A DNA stretch of 64,000 nt, taken from assembly GCA_965644315.1 (NCBI GenBank), contig CBFFRQ010000066.1:310001-374000 (forward strand), written 5' to 3'. Within the stretch, counting starts at the first letter, position 1, and each line of letters begins with the position of its first letter. Below the pieces are notes generated by a model. That model saw only the letters and a program-made list of their open reading frames with translations. It searched no databases and was not told the origin of the DNA. The DNA comes from Caecitellus pseudoparvulus. Lineage: Eukaryota > Protista > Bigyra: Bicosoecida. The position numbers were made by a program, and so were the translations under genes. Shown here piece after piece: positions 61,801 to 64,000 of this stretch.

Positions 61801-64000
61801 GAGGCAGCTTCGGCATCTCTGTCAGGTATCGCCACTGCAGCCGACATCGAGGCGGCTCATACTGTGCTTGAGCTCGCTCGATCTGCACAGGATCACCTTG
61901 CAGTGTGGCTGGATCCTTCGAGTGGAGAATTCGCACTTGGCACCCCAGCATCTCAGAAGCAGCTCGCCCTCACCGTTCTGGCATTGGCCAAGCTCAAGCA
62001 AGCGTCCTGCTCGGCATCTAGCGAGGCAGCTTCCCTTTTGCAACATGTTGCAGCTGCACTCCGCGCGACTTGCGTGGACAACCTGGCCGGTGTTGTGACC
62101 TTTGACACCCTGCGTTCTTCCGCACGCTTCCTTGAAGTCCACGAAACAGTCCAAGAAAGGCTGGGAGCAGCATCAGATGTCTTGCTCCTGGAGCTGCAAG
62201 GCGCCCAAGAGAGTGACATCATTGATGTTGCACGGCCGGCTATGGAGGCAGCGGCTGCGGTTGCAACTCGCAGCGCAGACATGCTAGCAGTCGAACTTGA
62301 AGAACGATTAGTGCTCCTCAACGAGGGAGTTCTTAGCAGCATTCCAAGGCCAGCTGAGTTGAGCCAGTTGGTTAATGTGATGCAGGGCATGCAAAGCACC
62401 CTCCAGGATAGTGTACGAGCTGCAGCTGAGGCTGAAGCAGAGATGCAGCCAGTTCTAGACGATGCTGCCTTCGTGCTGCGCGCTTTGGCGACCACCGCAG
62501 ATGACGCCTCCACCGTGTTCGACCAGCTAGATATGTTCTCAGACCTATTAGACACGTTGAATCACTTCTTGCAAGAAGCGCCGGTGCACGTGCGGTCGGT
62601 TGAAGCAAACGCTGAGGAAGCACTCGCTGAAGTGCAAAGCTGGGCGCAAGATGCTCTCCAAATGGGAATCAGCGACCTTAGTACGCAGTTGACACTGGTG
62701 GCTGGATCCATTGCACGTGAGATGGAGGCAAGCCTCGTTGTCGGGACTGAAGCACTGCTCGAGGCAGGCGAAGGGATGGCTGCCAACGGCTCTCTCCACT
62801 TGCCCTCGTCGCCATTCAGCGCGATGTCCACCGTAGCTACTGCTGCCCATCAAAACCTTCTGGACACTCTGTTTGAAGGTGACTGCAGCCGATTTGACAC
62901 CTTCTCCAAGATCGTCGGCAGCCTTGCAGGAGTCGCAACAACGACAGATGAACCAGCAGTTCGCCAGGCAGCTCTGGAAGCCACCGGCGCTCTTCAGGGC
63001 ATTTCACGGCATGCGATTGGAGTTCGTCACTTCTCTTCGCGCACAAACACGTCAGCTGAGCGATACATGCAGTTTGCTCAGCATGTGCCTGCTCTCCTTG
63101 CCGAGCTTGACGGCATTCAAGCGTCGGCAAGCGTTTTGGACACCGCCTTCGTTCAGACCCTGCAGCACGCCGCGGCTCAGTGGGCCAAACGCATTCCTGC
63201 CTCGCTCCAGAAGCTTGCTGCGTCAGCACAAGGTGCAGCTGGCTCAGCTCGCGAAGCCCTCATTCCATCCGTTGCTACCGTTGCCGAAGCCGTGTCCCGA
63301 CACGCTGATTCGTTGGACTCACAACTCACACAGGCAAAGAGCGGCCGAGAAGTTGTATCTGTCATGTATCAGACAATTGACTTGTTGCAGGACGAGCTTG
63401 ACTCCATCTCTCAATCCCTTTCCCAGCTCACCTCGGCAGCCGAGGAATCATCGCGAGCACTGCAGAGCATGAGCCCCATCCTGCAGTTGGTGAATGGAGC
63501 GAGTCCGTTGATGTCAGAGTTCAACGATCTGCAGCAGCAAGCATTGAGCGTGTCTGCTGCCCTTCCCAGCATGCTTCGGACGTATGCCTCGCAGTCATGC
63601 GTTGAGGGCGCTTTGTGCATCCGCACGGCGATGAACGGGCAGCTTGGAGAGCTGCACGACGTAGTCACTCGCATCAGCGACGGAGTGGTTGGCAGCAACG
63701 CGCTGCTACGGGGCATTAATAACCTCCTTCCCCCATCTCTTGAAGCCGCTGCTGCGGCGTCGGAAATGCTCAACGGAGTTGCACAGGCGGTGCAGCATCA
63801 TGCGGTCGAAGGCCCGCTCGGCGCAAAAGGTGCCATGCGATCAGCCGCAGTGGCTGCCATCTCAAGCGCTTCCAAGCTCACTGAAGTAAGTGACACTGTT
63901 GGTGGTTTCTTGCTGCGAGCATCAGCTGCCGTCCATGAATACGGCCGCATCGGCCCGTCTGTTGCCCACGACCTCACCATCATTGCTGAGTCAGGCTGGG
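46844..64000 (+). CDS. Giant secreted protein (at least 5,680 aa, 3' end outside window) with a vitellogenin/MTP-like lipid-transport N-terminal module and a very long Ala/Leu/Ser-rich helical body; exons 46844-47247, 47346->64000
   Basis: Signal-like MGAFSILAVGAAVGAVGA. Motifs PGSVWEYEWTTQL, FHEPFLLETFANGSLSHVW..ESVESLNNKKGLASSL and VWEGDDIGGAWWHY, then helical repeats (IANPTDETVTTLL, ILLDLGALA, MHALANARLP, VRTQALAAI). The ORF track has no stop-terminated ORF in this frame after 47347, and the lines I translated read open through 64000. Confidence 0.88.
47248..47345 (+). other. Spliceosomal intron (98 nt)
   Basis: GTGCGT...TTTCGCAG, phase 2; joins ..ESLN-N-KKGLASSL, a vitellogenin-like N-x-K-K-G motif. 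Confidence 0.85.

Noticed and set aside
47400-64000. Many short ORFs, or a non-coding or mobile-element region
   Set aside because: Explained by one open plus frame; no transposase, integrase, capsid, terminal repeats or sharp GC island seen.

Overview
Compact, GC-rich eukaryotic genomic DNA. It has short GT-AG introns of 70-98 nt, a proteasome alpha-5 gene, a eukaryotic-type biotin ligase and an ABCC transporter; a heterotrophic protist, possibly a stramenopile, is my inference only. I find eight protein-coding genes and no supportable RNA genes, mobile elements or CRISPR. Two of the three largest genes are missing from the ORF track because they run off the window: a minus-strand coiled-coil protein of at least 3,470 aa (<1..10410) and a plus-strand secreted protein of at least 5,680 aa (46844..>64000) with a vitellogenin/large-lipid-transfer-like N-terminus. 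The most striking structure is a head-to-head pair of giant secreted-protein genes about 775 bp apart. One is that vitellogenin-like giant. The other is a 5,725-aa mosaic with a bacterial-looking beta-helix/Gly-rich head, 10 C-type lectin domains, two Gly-rich domains, Cys-rich repeats and about 17 Ig/FN3-like repeats. The window also holds a mucin-stalk multi-pass membrane protein built on a 2.3-kb coding tandem repeat and a pseudokinase-ubiquitin-like-4xSPRY fusion. All domain calls come from motif recognition by eye, not from database searches.
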